This document shows positions 9,424 through 20,300 of a DNA stretch of 64,000 nucleotides, piece after piece. The position numbers and the translations under genes were made by a program. Source of the stretch: Chlorokybus atmophyticus (lineage: Eukaryota > Plantae > Mesostigma and Chlorokybus algae); contig RHPI01002368.1 of NCBI GenBank assembly GCA_009103225.1, forward strand, positions 1 through 64,000, in the 5' to 3' direction. How positions within the stretch are numbered: position 1 is the first letter of the stretch; every line of letters starts with the position of its first letter. Below the pieces are notes generated by a model. That model saw nothing but the letters and a program-made list of their open reading frames with translations. It had not been told where the DNA came from and did no database searches.

Positions 9424-12400
9424 CTATCTTTGCGAAGATATCTTCCAACGCCGGGTCCAAAGAGTTGCTACTGAAAACCACATACGGATCTTGACATGTT
9501 TTCCGCTGGTATATGATTTGGCCTGCAAAAGGTAGCGTCTTTCAGAATGCCCGCACACGATTGCGGCCAAGAAAAGTCGCGTACCGTAATCTGCATCGGA
9601 CATGTTTGTCAAAGCGCAGTTGTGCACATCGCGTATCCAATGAATACAGGCGTTGGCAGAGTGTAATCTCTTGGAACCTGTATCGAACCATATGACCACC
9701 ACTTTGCTGTTCAAGGGCGGCCCAGGTTTTAACACAGAATCGCCTCGCTGTGCTATTGACACTTCTATACTTCCCGTTGGAAAGGCACCGGTAATGCCTG
9801 CGGAAGCTTTACCAGCAATTCGGTCGAACCATTTACTCCTAAGTGATGTACATATAATGTCAGACATATGCCAACCTGGTAGCTTGTGCAAGCAAGCTGC
9901 CCACTCTGACCTCTGGTAGACTTGCTGTCGCACCGTGCCCACTTGTGAAAGATTCCCAGTAGCTTCAGTGCCTTCGAAACCTACTGGGTTCCCGCTTGCA
10001 GGCCCGCATAAGGCCTTCATGTTCAAGCCGATTTCAACGTGATTCACAATAGGCATCAACGCGCGACAGCCCTTGACCGGCACCCGACCTTCATCTTGAT
10101 GCCTTAACGTTGCCACCATTGAGGTGATAACGACACGTATCTGCCGTGTACTTTCTAAGTGATTACCAATGCATGTGGATGCATTGGTAATTACCACCAT
10201 CAAACGAAAGCGGCTTACACTTACCTGGGAGTGGGGCTCGTTGCTGCCACAGATGCCCAGAACGATGTGCGCCTCCATTGCCCATTTACCGCTAACACCT
10301 TTCTTCTTTGGGATATCCCCAGATTGCGTGTACGTCAGCTTGTAGTGCTTGGTGATGTAATCATGTACAGACAACTCTATGGCCGGTTTAGAGGGGGGTG
10401 CAACATCCAATGTAGTACACTCGCAAACTAAGCAGCCGGTATCCACCGAGCGATCACCAGGTCTGTATGCACCTGCCTGATCCACAGCTGCCCCGGCGCT
10501 ATCCGCTGCGGCAGATGAGCTTTGGGAGCTCTGGTTGCGGACATTATCAATCGGATCTGTGGTTAGTGACAAATTGGTAAGCTGCTGGCTAAATCCATCG
10601 GAATGAGCGTTCGACGTCTGGTTTTCGCTGGGTGCACGCTGGCTTGCAAGGAACGACGACGACATGTACACTATTTCATCGCCATCGTTGCGGAACATGA
10701 CGAAGCCCGCTAATTGCATGGTATCCAGAACCTTCTCCACAGCTTGCGGCTGCATATGTGCTGTGAGCCACTCAAGATCCACCCCAATGCACTCTGCGTT
10801 CAGATCGAGAAGCCAGATAGCGAGGGAGCTCATGTCCTCATCCGAAAGGTCTTGGTGACTGTGATGCGCCTGTTGCTCCATGGAACCGGGGGAGCACCCT
10901 GGACAATCGAAAAGGTTCAAAGGGAGGCGTGGGGTTTTGGGCAGGACCGCATTCGAATCAACCTCCACGTAGCTTCTCAGAACGCCCAGCGCGAATGCAG
11001 CTCGGGCCTTGCCTTTGTCCGTGCCTGACCGCAGCAGCTCGACTAGCGGGGGAAGGCCACCGGCCTCGCGGATCAGGCGCCTGTTCTCTGCATCATCATC
11101 TGCGATACTGCCCAGTGCGAAGGCAGCCTGCTCTTTAGCGTCGTCTGTGCCTGACCGCAGCAGCTCAACCAGCAAGGGAATGCCACCGGCCTCGCGGACC
11201 AGGTGTCTGCTCTCTGCATCAGCGTCTGTGACATTGCCCAGTGCGAAGGCAGCCCGCAATTTGCCTTCGTCCGTGCCTGACCGCAGCAGCTCGACCAGCG
11301 GGGGAATGCCACCGGCCTCGCGGACCAGGTGTCTGCTCTCTGCATCAGCGTCTGTGACATTGCCCAGTGCGAAGGCAGCCCGCGATTTGCCTTCGTCCGT
11401 GCCTGACCGCAGCAGCTCGACCAGCGGGGGAATGCCACCGGCCTCGCGGACCAGGCGCCTGTTCTCTGCATCATCGTCTGCGACATTGCTCAGTGCCCAT
11501 GCAGCCCACGATTTGCCTTCATCCGTGCCTGACCACAGCAGCTTGACCAGCGGGGGTATGCCGCCAGCGTCGCAAACCAGGCGCTTGTTCTGCGCGTCGT
11601 CAGTTGCGACAACGCCCAGTGCGAAGACAGCCTGCTCTTTAGCGTCGTCCGTGCCGGACCGCACCAGCTCGACCAGCGGGGGAATGCCACCGGCCTCGCG
11701 GACCAGGCGCCTGTTCTCTGCATCATCGTCTGCGACATTGCTCAGTGCCCATGCAGCCCACGATTTGCCTTCATCCGTGCCTGACCACAGCAGCTTGACC
11801 AGCGGGGGTATGCCGCCAGCGTCGCAAACCAGGCGCTTGTTCTGCGCGTCGTCAGTTGCGACAACGCCCAGTGCGAAGACAGCCTGCTCTTTAGCGTCGT
11901 CCGTGCCGGACCGCACCAGCTCGACCAGCGGGGGTATGCCACCGGCCTCGCGGACCAGGCGCCTGTTCTCTGCATCATCGTCTGCGACATTGCCCAGTGC
12001 CAATGCAGCCCAGAATTTGCCTTCACCCGTGCCTGACCGCAGCAGCTCGACCAGCAAGGGAATGCCACCGGCCTCGCGAACCAGGCGTCTGCTCTCTGCA
12101 TCAGCGTCTGTGACATTGCCCAGTGCGAAGGCAGCCTGCTCTTTAGCGTCGTCCGTGCCGGACCGCACCAGCTCGACCAGCGGGGGTATGCCACCGGCCT
12201 CGCGGACCAGGCGCCTGTTCTCTGCATCATCGTCTGCGACATTGCCCAGTGCCAATGCAGCCCAGAATTTGCCTTCACCCGTGCCTGACCGCAGCAGCTC
12301 GACCAGCAAGGGAATGCCACCGGCCTCGCGAACCAGGCGTCTGCTCTCTGCATCAGCGTCTGTGACATTGCCCAGTGCGAAGGCAGCCTGCTCTTTAGCG

Positions 12401-13155
12401 TCGTCCGTGCCGGACCGCACCAGCTCGACCAGCGGGGGTATGCCACCGGCCTCGCGGACCAGGCGCCTGTTCTCTGCATCATCGTCTGCGACATTGCCCA
12501 GTGCCAATGCAGCCCAGAATTTGCCTTCATGCGTGCCTGACCGCAGCAGCTCGACCAGCAAGGGAATGCCACCGGCCTCGCGAACCAGGCGTCTGCTCTC
12601 CGCGTCGTCAGTTGCAATACTGCCCAGTGCGGCTGCAGCTGGGGCCTTGCCGTTGTCCGTGCCTGACCGCAGCAACTCGACCAGCGGGAGTATGCAACCG
12701 GCCTCACGAATCAGGCGCCTGTTCTCGTCCTCCTCATCCGCGATGATGCCCAGTGGAGATGCAGCTTGGGCCTTGCCGTCCGTGCCGGACCGCAGCAGCT
12801 CGCCCAGCGGGGATGTGCCGCCAACCTCGCCGATCAGGCGCCTGCTGTCTGGATCATCACTTGCACCTTCGCGCAGTGCAAGTGCAGCTCCAGCCTTGCC
12901 ATCGCCTACGCCATACCGCGGCGGCTCAACCAACGGGGGTGTGCCGCGGACATCGCAAATCGGGCGGCTGTTCTCAGCATCTGGAAATGCAACATCTCCC
13001 AGAGGTGCGACTGCAGTCTGGGCATCGTCATCATCCGTGCCTGACCGTAGCAGCTCGACTATAAAGGAAATGCTGACCTCATTAGAAGTAACCGAGAAGC
13101 GGAAAGAATAGTTGAATACGCCACGCAACATCCGTACTTGACTGTATGCATGCAA
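9424..13155 (-). CDS. Intronless armadillo-repeat protein (about 17 ARM repeats of 42 aa) with unidentified C-terminal region; may extend to 9251 by frameshift
   Basis: Repeated EAGGIPPLVELLRSGTDxxKxxAAxALGN; 1243 aa open frame; overlapping ORF 9251..9481 looks like a continuation. Confidence 0.88.
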   Translation of the reverse strand: MHAYSQVRMLRGVFNYSFRFSVTSNEVSISFIVELLRSGTDDDDAQTAVAPLGDVAFPDAENSRPICDVRGTPPLVEPPRYGVGDGKAGAALALREGASDDPDSRRLIGEVGGTSPLGELLRSGTDGKAQAASPLGIIADEEDENRRLIREAGCILPLVELLRSGTDNGKAPAAAALGSIATDDAESRRLVREAGGIPLLVELLRSGTHEGKFWAALALGNVADDDAENRRLVREAGGIPPLVELVRSGTDDAKEQAAFALGNVTDADAESRRLVREAGGIPLLVELLRSGTGEGKFWAALALGNVADDDAENRRLVREAGGIPPLVELVRSGTDDAKEQAAFALGNVTDADAESRRLVREAGGIPLLVELLRSGTGEGKFWAALALGNVADDDAENRRLVREAGGIPPLVELVRSGTDDAKEQAVFALGVVATDDAQNKRLVCDAGGIPPLVKLLWSGTDEGKSWAAWALSNVADDDAENRRLVREAGGIPPLVELVRSGTDDAKEQAVFALGVVATDDAQNKRLVCDAGGIPPLVKLLWSGTDEGKSWAAWALSNVADDDAENRRLVREAGGIPPLVELLRSGTDEGKSRAAFALGNVTDADAESRHLVREAGGIPPLVELLRSGTDEGKLRAAFALGNVTDADAESRHLVREAGGIPLLVELLRSGTDDAKEQAAFALGSIADDDAENRRLIREAGGLPPLVELLRSGTDKGKARAAFALGVLRSYVEVDSNAVLPKTPRLPLNLFDCPGCSPGSMEQQAHHSHQDLSDEDMSSLAIWLLDLNAECIGVDLEWLTAHMQPQAVEKVLDTMQLAGFVMFRNDGDEIVYMSSSFLASQRAPSENQTSNAHSDGFSQQLTNLSLTTDPIDNVRNQSSQSSSAAADSAGAAVDQAGAYRPGDRSVDTGCLVCECTTLDVAPPSKPAIELSVHDYITKHYKLTYTQSGDIPKKKGVSGKWAMEAHIVLGICGSNEPHSQVSVSRFRLMVVITNASTCIGNHLESTRQIRVVITSMVATLRHQDEGRVPVKGCRALMPIVNHVEIGLNMKALCGPASGNPVGFEGTEATGNLSQVGTVRQQVYQRSEWAACLHKLPGWHMSDIICTSLRSKWFDRIAGKASAGITGAFPTGSIEVSIAQRGDSVLKPGPPLNSKVVVIWFDTGSKRLHSANACIHWIRDVHNCALTNMSDADYGTRLFLAAIVCGHSERRYLLQAKSYTSGKHVKIRMWFSVATLWTRRWKISSQR
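10975..13070 (-). repeat. Coding tandem array, 126-bp unit organised as near-identical 252-bp pairs
   Basis: gaccaggcgcctgttctctgcatcatcgtc recurs 252 bp apart (e.g. near 11449 and 11701); peptide pairs repeat exactly. Confidence 0.9.
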
Positions 13156-15865
13156 GTTGTCTAAGCAATATGGTTTGGCACAAACCGCAAAGCTTTTGCC
13201 CAGACTCAGACAGAATTACCTCAAGTTGCCATGTGGCCCCCACTCACTTGTGAACCCGCCGTTGTTTTCAAGCCATGAAGGGTCTACACAACCAAGCAAA
13301 GCCAAGATTTACATCACATGTGAAACTTGGCTATGAGTACGCAAGTTGTTTATGCAGCTAGCCAGCGATGCTTTCCAACACCTTGACCAGCATGCCTGCC
13401 CGACACGTGGTGGCGGGGACCGAACACTGGTGCAAGGCCAATCCAGGCCAACTCACCCGTGATGGTCAGATGCTTCTCAGCTATGTCCGCCGCCCACCCC
13501 ATGGCACCCCCAGGCACCCCCGCGGTCAGGATGACGTGTCGCTTTGCACAGGAGTATTACAGACACTTGATACTTTATGTCGCCATGTCCAATGGCGACG
13601 CCATCCGCAAGCTCCAACGTTGACCGCCGCCCCCGCGCTCCGCTCTCCACCGCCAAACCCCTAGAATCTGCTCGATGCGTAGCCTGGTGGTCTGAAGTTG
13701 AGTCTTTTGGAAGTTGTAGTAGGCACTTGTGTATGATTCTATTGACAATCGAGACTGTTAGGGTTTGACCGCCGCCTTGAGAGGCGGCGCCCTGTTGTGT
13801 AATGGGATTCGGGTTCTGGTCCGTGTCGTCTTGTGGCGCATGCTTGCGTGCTGTTGCACTTGGTGGAGACGCACTGTCAGACACGACGCCAATGGGTGTT
13901 GTGCTTGGCAAAGCTTATGCCGGCCCGGTCGGTGCTGTGCAGCGCTGTATTGTGTCAGGTGTGCAGAGGCCAGCTGAGTCTCGCGTGTGTGGTTGTCGCC
14001 TGACAATTGTCGCGGTTGATGTGGTTGTCGAACTTGCACATCTCTACGGCGCGTCGCTCTGATACAGCGCTGTTAGATCAGTGTCGGCTGAGCGTGTTGT
14101 CCAGTCGGTAGTGTGCTGCCACTCAGCATTTGGTGTCGGCTGATAAACTGATGTTTATGTTTGACTGTGGCTGTCTTGAGGTGGGTAGACGGTTGTCGTT
14201 GTCGCCTAACAGCGTTTTTATCGCCGTTTCCTGCTAGCACCAAACAGGCGCATTGTTGGGCTTTGATATCTGTGGGAGGTATTGTTGCTTGGCAAGGCAG
14301 GGTTGTTGGCGTGGTTGGCGTTATAGGCGGCGTAGGGGGCGTGGGTGGGGTTGTGAATCCGGTCGATTGCAGTTTGTCGGCATGGCGGCGCCTGTAGGGG
14401 TAGGGGATGCAACGCCGCCGTCAGCAACGATTGGTCTCGTTGGTGCGCTGCCATTTATAAGACGGAGTCAATCGTTTTATCAATCCGCATATGAGCAGGT
14501 GAGTGTGTTGAGCCAATGTGTGCGGTGTGAGGGTTCATGGGGATTGTCTGTGACAAGCATTTGTACTGAAGCGGTCTCCGTATCTGCAAGGTGCTCATCG
14601 GGTGGCCGGTGCAATTGTTGGGAACACTCGTTGCCAGTGTTAATGGTGTTAGGGAGTTCCAAGTTGAGTTGCCTGGTGGGTTTGGGTTTGGATTTAGCTT
14701 GCATCGAATGCATTGGGCATCCGCCTTCCCTCAGCGCCTGAGTAGTGACTTGCTGATAATTGAGCATGTGGTGGGTGGTGTCTCTTTGGCCCGCTGGGTG
14801 CTTTGCACTGAGTGTGATGTCGACCCGGGACGGAAACGCCATTGGGTGGAGCAATGGCATGATGTGGACTGGCTGCCATTTGAAGCAGTGCTGTGGAGCT
14901 TGCACACTTTGCAAGACGGTGAAGAAGGGGACGATGACAATCCAGGCTTGCCTCATCCGCCCCCTTTGGTAGAGGGTGGTGGTTGGCATTCAGTCATCTC
15001 AGCAGGCACATGTATGCAGCAAACTGTATCTGTATTGTGGTTGCAGAATGTGTAGTGATGGATTGGCAACTATTACGTGTGTGCCGTACGTGTCGTCGTG
15101 GGAACGGTAAACGTTGTGTCCTGCGCGCGAGTGCTACGGTGTGCGGCTTGTGTTGCTGGCGCACCTCTCATGCAATGCGGTTAACTGATTACATGTGGTA
15201 GGTGCTCATGACATGGCCTCCATCTGACTGGCGCTGCATACGAGGGAAGTGCTTGGGGTGGGAGCTGGGTGGTGTACCCACCAACTTATTGGACCTTGTA
15301 GTTGCATTGCATATTAGATTAGCTGTATGTAGGTTGGTTGTGAACATGCGGCCACCACAGTGGTGTGCTGAGGGAACATGGGGTTCGTGTGAGCCAGCGT
15401 GCAGTGTTGACGCATTGTACATGGCAACTGTTGTGTATGTTGCCTGAAAGTGTGTCGTCGCATTGCACTACTTACTTTGCGCAGCATATGAGTCATGAGA
15501 TGAAAATGGCAGGTAATGGTGCTGTAAGTCATGCAACCTACCAATGTAACATAGTGCCGTTCGGTTGCATGGCATCTGTTGGTAAGTAGGCCTAGCCCAT
15601 CCGCACTCATGTTCATGGTCACCAGAAAGCACTTCGAGGGCTTATTCTGTGATACATGAGCTAATTGTTGTACCTTGTGGTATGTGCATGCCTTGGCATT
15701 GCACACTCTATTATGTTGCCTTGGGGCTGGCAATCTGTGTGTTCATATTGGTACGTGCCAGTATAATCATTGTATACAGTGAGTGCTGGCATCAACTGCA
15801 GAAGAGGGCAAGCGTGGTTGCTGTAGCTAGGATTGAGGGCTTTTGTGCTGTGTAGTGCACTGAGC

Positions 15866-16595
15866 TCATGACCACGACCATGGCAAGCTGTCTAGAGTGT
15901 ATCCTAGAGCTAAAAATATCTTCTTGCCTACACACTCTGAGTATGCGGGTGAAATGCACTTGACCAATGTGGACTCGGCTAGTATCTAATCAATCCCAAG
16001 AGCTATTCTCCATCCTGAGAGAGTACCACGGGAGGCTGCTGCACCATAAACGGGGTACATCTGTTGTGTACCTGAGGCGATCTGCAAGAGGCTGTGGGCT
16101 GTGGGCTGCCCTGACAAGGCACCAAGGCTCTTGTCGGTGTGGTCGCAGACAGGTCAACGCTGACTACAGGGATAGTTTCAAACACCCTGTGCCGGAAGGT
16201 GGCCAAGCCAAACATGGTCCCGCACAGCATATGTGTGCCACCATATTTGGTGTCATGTGCTGGGATGCATCAGGGATGTTCTCGATGATGAACGGTTTAC
16301 CGCTGCTGTGGAGATGCGCATGCAGTTCGTGCAGTAGTTTGCTGTGATGCCAAGTGCTGGAGTGTTGGTGACGTTGTGACTCAGGTATACACCTTGCAAA
16401 GGCCTGACAGGGAGGGCTAGCCCATATGACGTCGAATGGGCGAAAGTCAACGGTTAAGGCATCACCGCGGATGAAGGTGAAGGGGTAGTCGGGCTGCTCA
16501 TGTATATCCACTCCAGTTATGTTAAACCCAGCATGGCACAAGCCCATGCTTGCTCCGCCGCCACCGTAGCACTGGTCCAACAACTTGGGGCGGTG
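15866..16595 (-). pseudogene. Compact bacterial/phage-type DNA cytosine-5 methyltransferase, two frameshifts and one stop
   Basis: KLLDQCYGGGGASMG (I), ITGVDI (II), ASPPCQ (IV), FIIENI (VI), LCGTMFGLATFRHRVFET (VIII region), WRIALGID*..CISPAYSECVG (IX-X). Frameshifts near 16232 and 16160, TAG at 15986-15988. Confidence 0.85.
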
Positions 16596-16769
16596 AGGTG
16601 CTCCAGTCTTTGCATGTGCAGTGTGCGTGAAGAGCGTTGGCGCAGATCTGCTCCACAGTGGCAGGACGGGCAATGGGAGGGATGTCTTGCGGCTGGTGGG
16701 GACTCGACCTCCGTCGATGCGCATGCAGTGTGGCTGGCCATGCTCAACATTGACAAAGATGTTGTGTTT

Positions 16770-16985
16770 GTCAATGACCATATGCTGGATCTCACCGTCC
16801 TGAAAGCGCACACTATGCTTGCTTGCCAAGGACACACAGTGCCGATGTGTTTAGTGATGCATACGGACGCATGCATGGGTAAACACTCAGCGGGGGAGCA
16901 TTCACCTTGACGACAGTTGTGTGCGTAGATGCGGCCCATATACCAAGCACGATCTGCTGGCCAGTAAACCTGCACAATGAGTTCA
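16770..16985 (-). pseudogene. Tudor domain split by an intron, upstream of and in the same ORF as the methyltransferase
   Basis: VQVYWPADRAWYMGRIYAHNCRQ(G) / KHSVRFQDGEIQH; GT donor at 16905; second half opens ORF 16164..16835, which runs into the MTase motifs. Splice phase is off by one base. Confidence 0.7.
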
Positions 16986-17411
16986 ACCAAAGAGGGCCCA
17001 CCTTCCCAGCATTTATTGCGTGCGGCCGTGATGTCGCATTCCTGGCCACGGGCCTTTTGTAAGTTTTTTATCGTTTGCCGTCTTGAGTGCATAGCAATGT
17101 GCTTGTGCAACAGCTCTCGCATGAGGTAGGCTGAGCGCACATGATACGCACTGACTGTATTAAACTCTTTGGTCACTGAACATTCACCAAGAGCGACTAT
17201 GCGCATGCGACCTGGACTGGTTTGTGTGGCACGAGCATGTGCGTGAGGCAGGATGTGCAGAATTGCTGTGTAGTGACAATATGAATCTGCGCCAAAACTG
17301 ACCTGCACCTAAGGTGGCGGACCATGTGCATCGTGTGGTGCGACCAAGTTTAAGGTGAAGGCACCATGGCCGCAGCGGGGCCGCTGACTCTGCATAGCAT
17401 GCATGCATCAG

Positions 17412-17888
17412 TCACAAGGATTGCTCACATGTAACACCTATGACATCGCATTGTGTACAGACAACGAGATCGCAATGTACTACCTCGCCGAGTAAAATAA
17501 CCTGTCCTGGAGTAACAGTTCCATGCCTTGCGTACGGCATGTAACGCAATGGGCTACCATGCCACTCGAATGACGAGCGCTCGCACTCATCACAAGTGCA
17601 CTGCATGCTGTAGAATTCAGGCAGTGTGCACTTGTTGCGGCCCCTACAGTCTAGTATGTGCAGTCCGGCAGCATGATGATGCCAACATGCTGCAAAACAT
17701 CCATACAACTCTTGGTATTGTTGGCATTGACCTTGATGACGAAAGAGGCGTGAGCGGGCACCGTTGGTGACAACATATGCCTTGCATACTGAGCATACCA
17801 ACGAAGCTTTTCCCAATGGTGGTGTCGCCGGCCTGCGGGGCATCTCGCCGGCTACAGAAATGATTGGCTGTCGCTCCATTCTCCACAT
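17412..17888 (-). CDS. Cys/His-rich unidentified ORF, probably upstream exons of the Tudor-MTase gene
   Basis: CSVC, CQQY..CFAAC, CTCDEC, HCDLVVCTQC; same strand, between transposase end and Tudor exon. Confidence 0.35.
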   Translation of the reverse strand: MWRMERQPIISVAGEMPRRPATPPLGKASLVCSVCKAYVVTNGARSRLFRHQGQCQQYQELYGCFAACWHHHAAGLHILDCRGRNKCTLPEFYSMQCTCDECERSSFEWHGSPLRYMPYARHGTVTPGQVILLGEVVHCDLVVCTQCDVIGVTCEQSL

Positions 17889-18784
17889 CGCAGTTGATGC
17901 ACCAACCCAACCCTAAAATGACACACTCAACCCTAAATATAGGCCAGTCCTGTCAGGTGTGGTAGAGTTGGTGATAGCCTGTGAGTAGATATAGTCTTCG
18001 GGGCGGCGGCGGAGGCGGCGATGTGGTCGAGGGCAATGGCGACGGCGCTGGGAGCACATGGAGGGTAGCAACACCCTAGATGTCGTCATAATCCATGTGG
18101 GTTAAGTCTTCCACATCGCTGTCTCCATCGTCGCTGTTGGGATAGGACCAATCTTTTGGTATGGTGGCTACAACATCAGCCTGTGCATGATCCTGAGTGG
18201 TTGCACCTTGCTATCGAGACCCCCCACCGTCCATGCGTGCCTCGATGTCGACTGTGTTCTCACATCCAATAGAAGAGCAGCTTTCGGTGCATATCTTGCC
18301 AGCCTTTTTGCACTTGCATCGGCGAGTGTTGCATCTGCCCTGCTTGCAACCACATCCGTGCATTGGTAGATTCCTCCTTGAGATTGCAGCAGACATGTTG
18401 TCAGCTAAGTCTTGCACAGGCAACCAGATGCCGTCCACTTCTTCAAAGCCATACTCTGACAAATCTGGCATGTGTATATCTGCTTCGCAGCTCTAAATCC
18501 ACATGTTCACTGCATATACTGATCTCAGTGCATGTAGCTATAGGGCATCCACAGTAGGCATAGTGTCTCGAGGCGTTGCCGTTTTCTTCCATACCGTATT
18601 GTGAATAGCCTCCAGCCAGTCGGCCAGGTACACCTTGTCGCTGGTTGTTGCATCGGGGCCATGCAGTTCATAGTACGGAGATGCAGGAGTGCCGCTCTCA
18701 AAGGATGACCTATACTTTGCATAATAGAAGCACCCTATCAAACGCAGCACGGCGAAACACATCTCATGGTCCCCTACCGTGACA

Positions 18785-18903
18785 CCCACACCGCCTGACC
18801 ATGAATGGTCCGTACTCTCAGACCGGGATTTCCCCCTACCATTTGAAACCCACACCGCCTGACCATGAATGGTCCGTACCCTCAGACCGGGATTTCCCCC
18901 TGC
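18785..18903 (+). repeat. Direct repeat, two copies, 64-bp period
   Basis: cccacaccgcctgaccatgaatggtccgtac.ctcagaccgggatt at 18785 and 18849. Confidence 0.9.
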
Positions 18904-19267
18904 CAAATGAAATTGGTGGACCTTGCATGGTCTGTTTTCATCGACAGTCGGACCATTCCAAAATTCACGTGAATGGTACCATTGTCCCTTGGACCACTTA
19001 AGGTCCGGCCGATTACTGTTGCATCAGGACCAGGTAGGGTCCGGCCATCGGACCAGGGACTAAATCATATCATTACAATACTTTAATCATAACTGGTCCG
19101 GCCAGCGGACCATGGACCGGTTTTTTTTATGGACCAATTAAATTATGAGTGCAAATGCAGTAAAAGTTGAGACATTTTTGCCGGCGGCACCGGCCACGCC
19201 CAACCTGCGGCGCACGAGGCCGCGGCCAGCTCCGCGGCGATAGTGGAATGATTAGTCAAGAACACAC

Positions 19268-19339
19268 GCATCGGCCGGATCCGAACCCAGCACCTTTAGC
19301 ATATCAAAGACGACGCCCTAACCACTAAGCTACAAGTGC
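19268..19339 (-). tRNA. Degenerate tRNA-like sequence (pseudo-tRNA or SINE head), isotype uncertain
   Basis: 72 nt; A-box TAGCTTAGTGG, B-box GGTTCGGATCC; D and T stems pair, acceptor and anticodon stems have mismatches. Confidence 0.5.
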
Positions 19340-20300
19340 ACGTACCGGTAGGATCGCATGGCAACCTGTATCATATAGTGTATTGCATGCGCCGCTTGGC
19401 GACTGTTGGCCGGCGGCAGTAATTGCCGATGGACAGTCGGAGATTGTCACTTTGATAGGCTGAGCCCCTGCAACTGTAGCATTCATAGGCTGTACCAGTT
19501 ACATGGACGGTGGTAAACTACATACCGGTAGCCGCGAACTCGGCGGTTGTCAATACGCCAGTACAATTTGTAGACTTGTTAGGGGCTGTCATTGTGACAA
19601 TGCTTAGCGATAGTAGCCAAATTGCGACTGTTAATGCAGCCAGTGTACCTTATCGGGCTGTCGATGATTCTGTGGTCGCATGAGGCTTTTATAGGCCATT
19701 AATGAGGTTATACAAGTAAGGCTATAAGTCATAACATCTGACATTGCTTTCGTTTCATATAAATCATTAAATTAAGCATACTATAAACTACGCTTGGTAA
19801 TGCAACATACGAACGGCATCAACATATGTATTCATGGTATGATATTAACGGTTGTGAACATCATGATATTGTGATGACCAAGAAACTATATAATGTAATA
19901 AACACGCGCTACACATGGATGTAAATTTGATATTAGTATTTACACTAATTGTATTATATATAATTATAATATTTTTATATTCATGTTGTTATACAGTACT
20001 TCAGACATATGCAATTTTGCATATGAAAGGTCTAAATGCAAATGTGTACGCGCATTAATATATACTTACAACGATGTATGTACATAAAATTATGCATATG
20101 AAGTAATTGCACAGCTGCAACTTGCGGCCGCAATATGTCGACAATTTTTCTTATGCCTTAAGCCTACACCTACATGCACGCACACACACATATGTGTATA
20201 TACATATGTATATATGCATATATACATTTATATATATATGTGTATATATACACATATATCTATTTATATACACATATCCATATATACATATATAGGCCAC

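Noticed and set aside
10975-13070. CRISPR-like array
   Set aside because: Repeats are contiguous coding units without unique spacers; the same applies to 63731-63947; no cas genes.
11009-13111. 700-aa plus-strand ORF
   Set aside because: Antisense shadow of the ARM repeat array; Ser/Ala-rich with no independent motif.
17901-17937. Second telomeric tract
   Set aside because: Only two separated aaccctaa units; not a tandem array.
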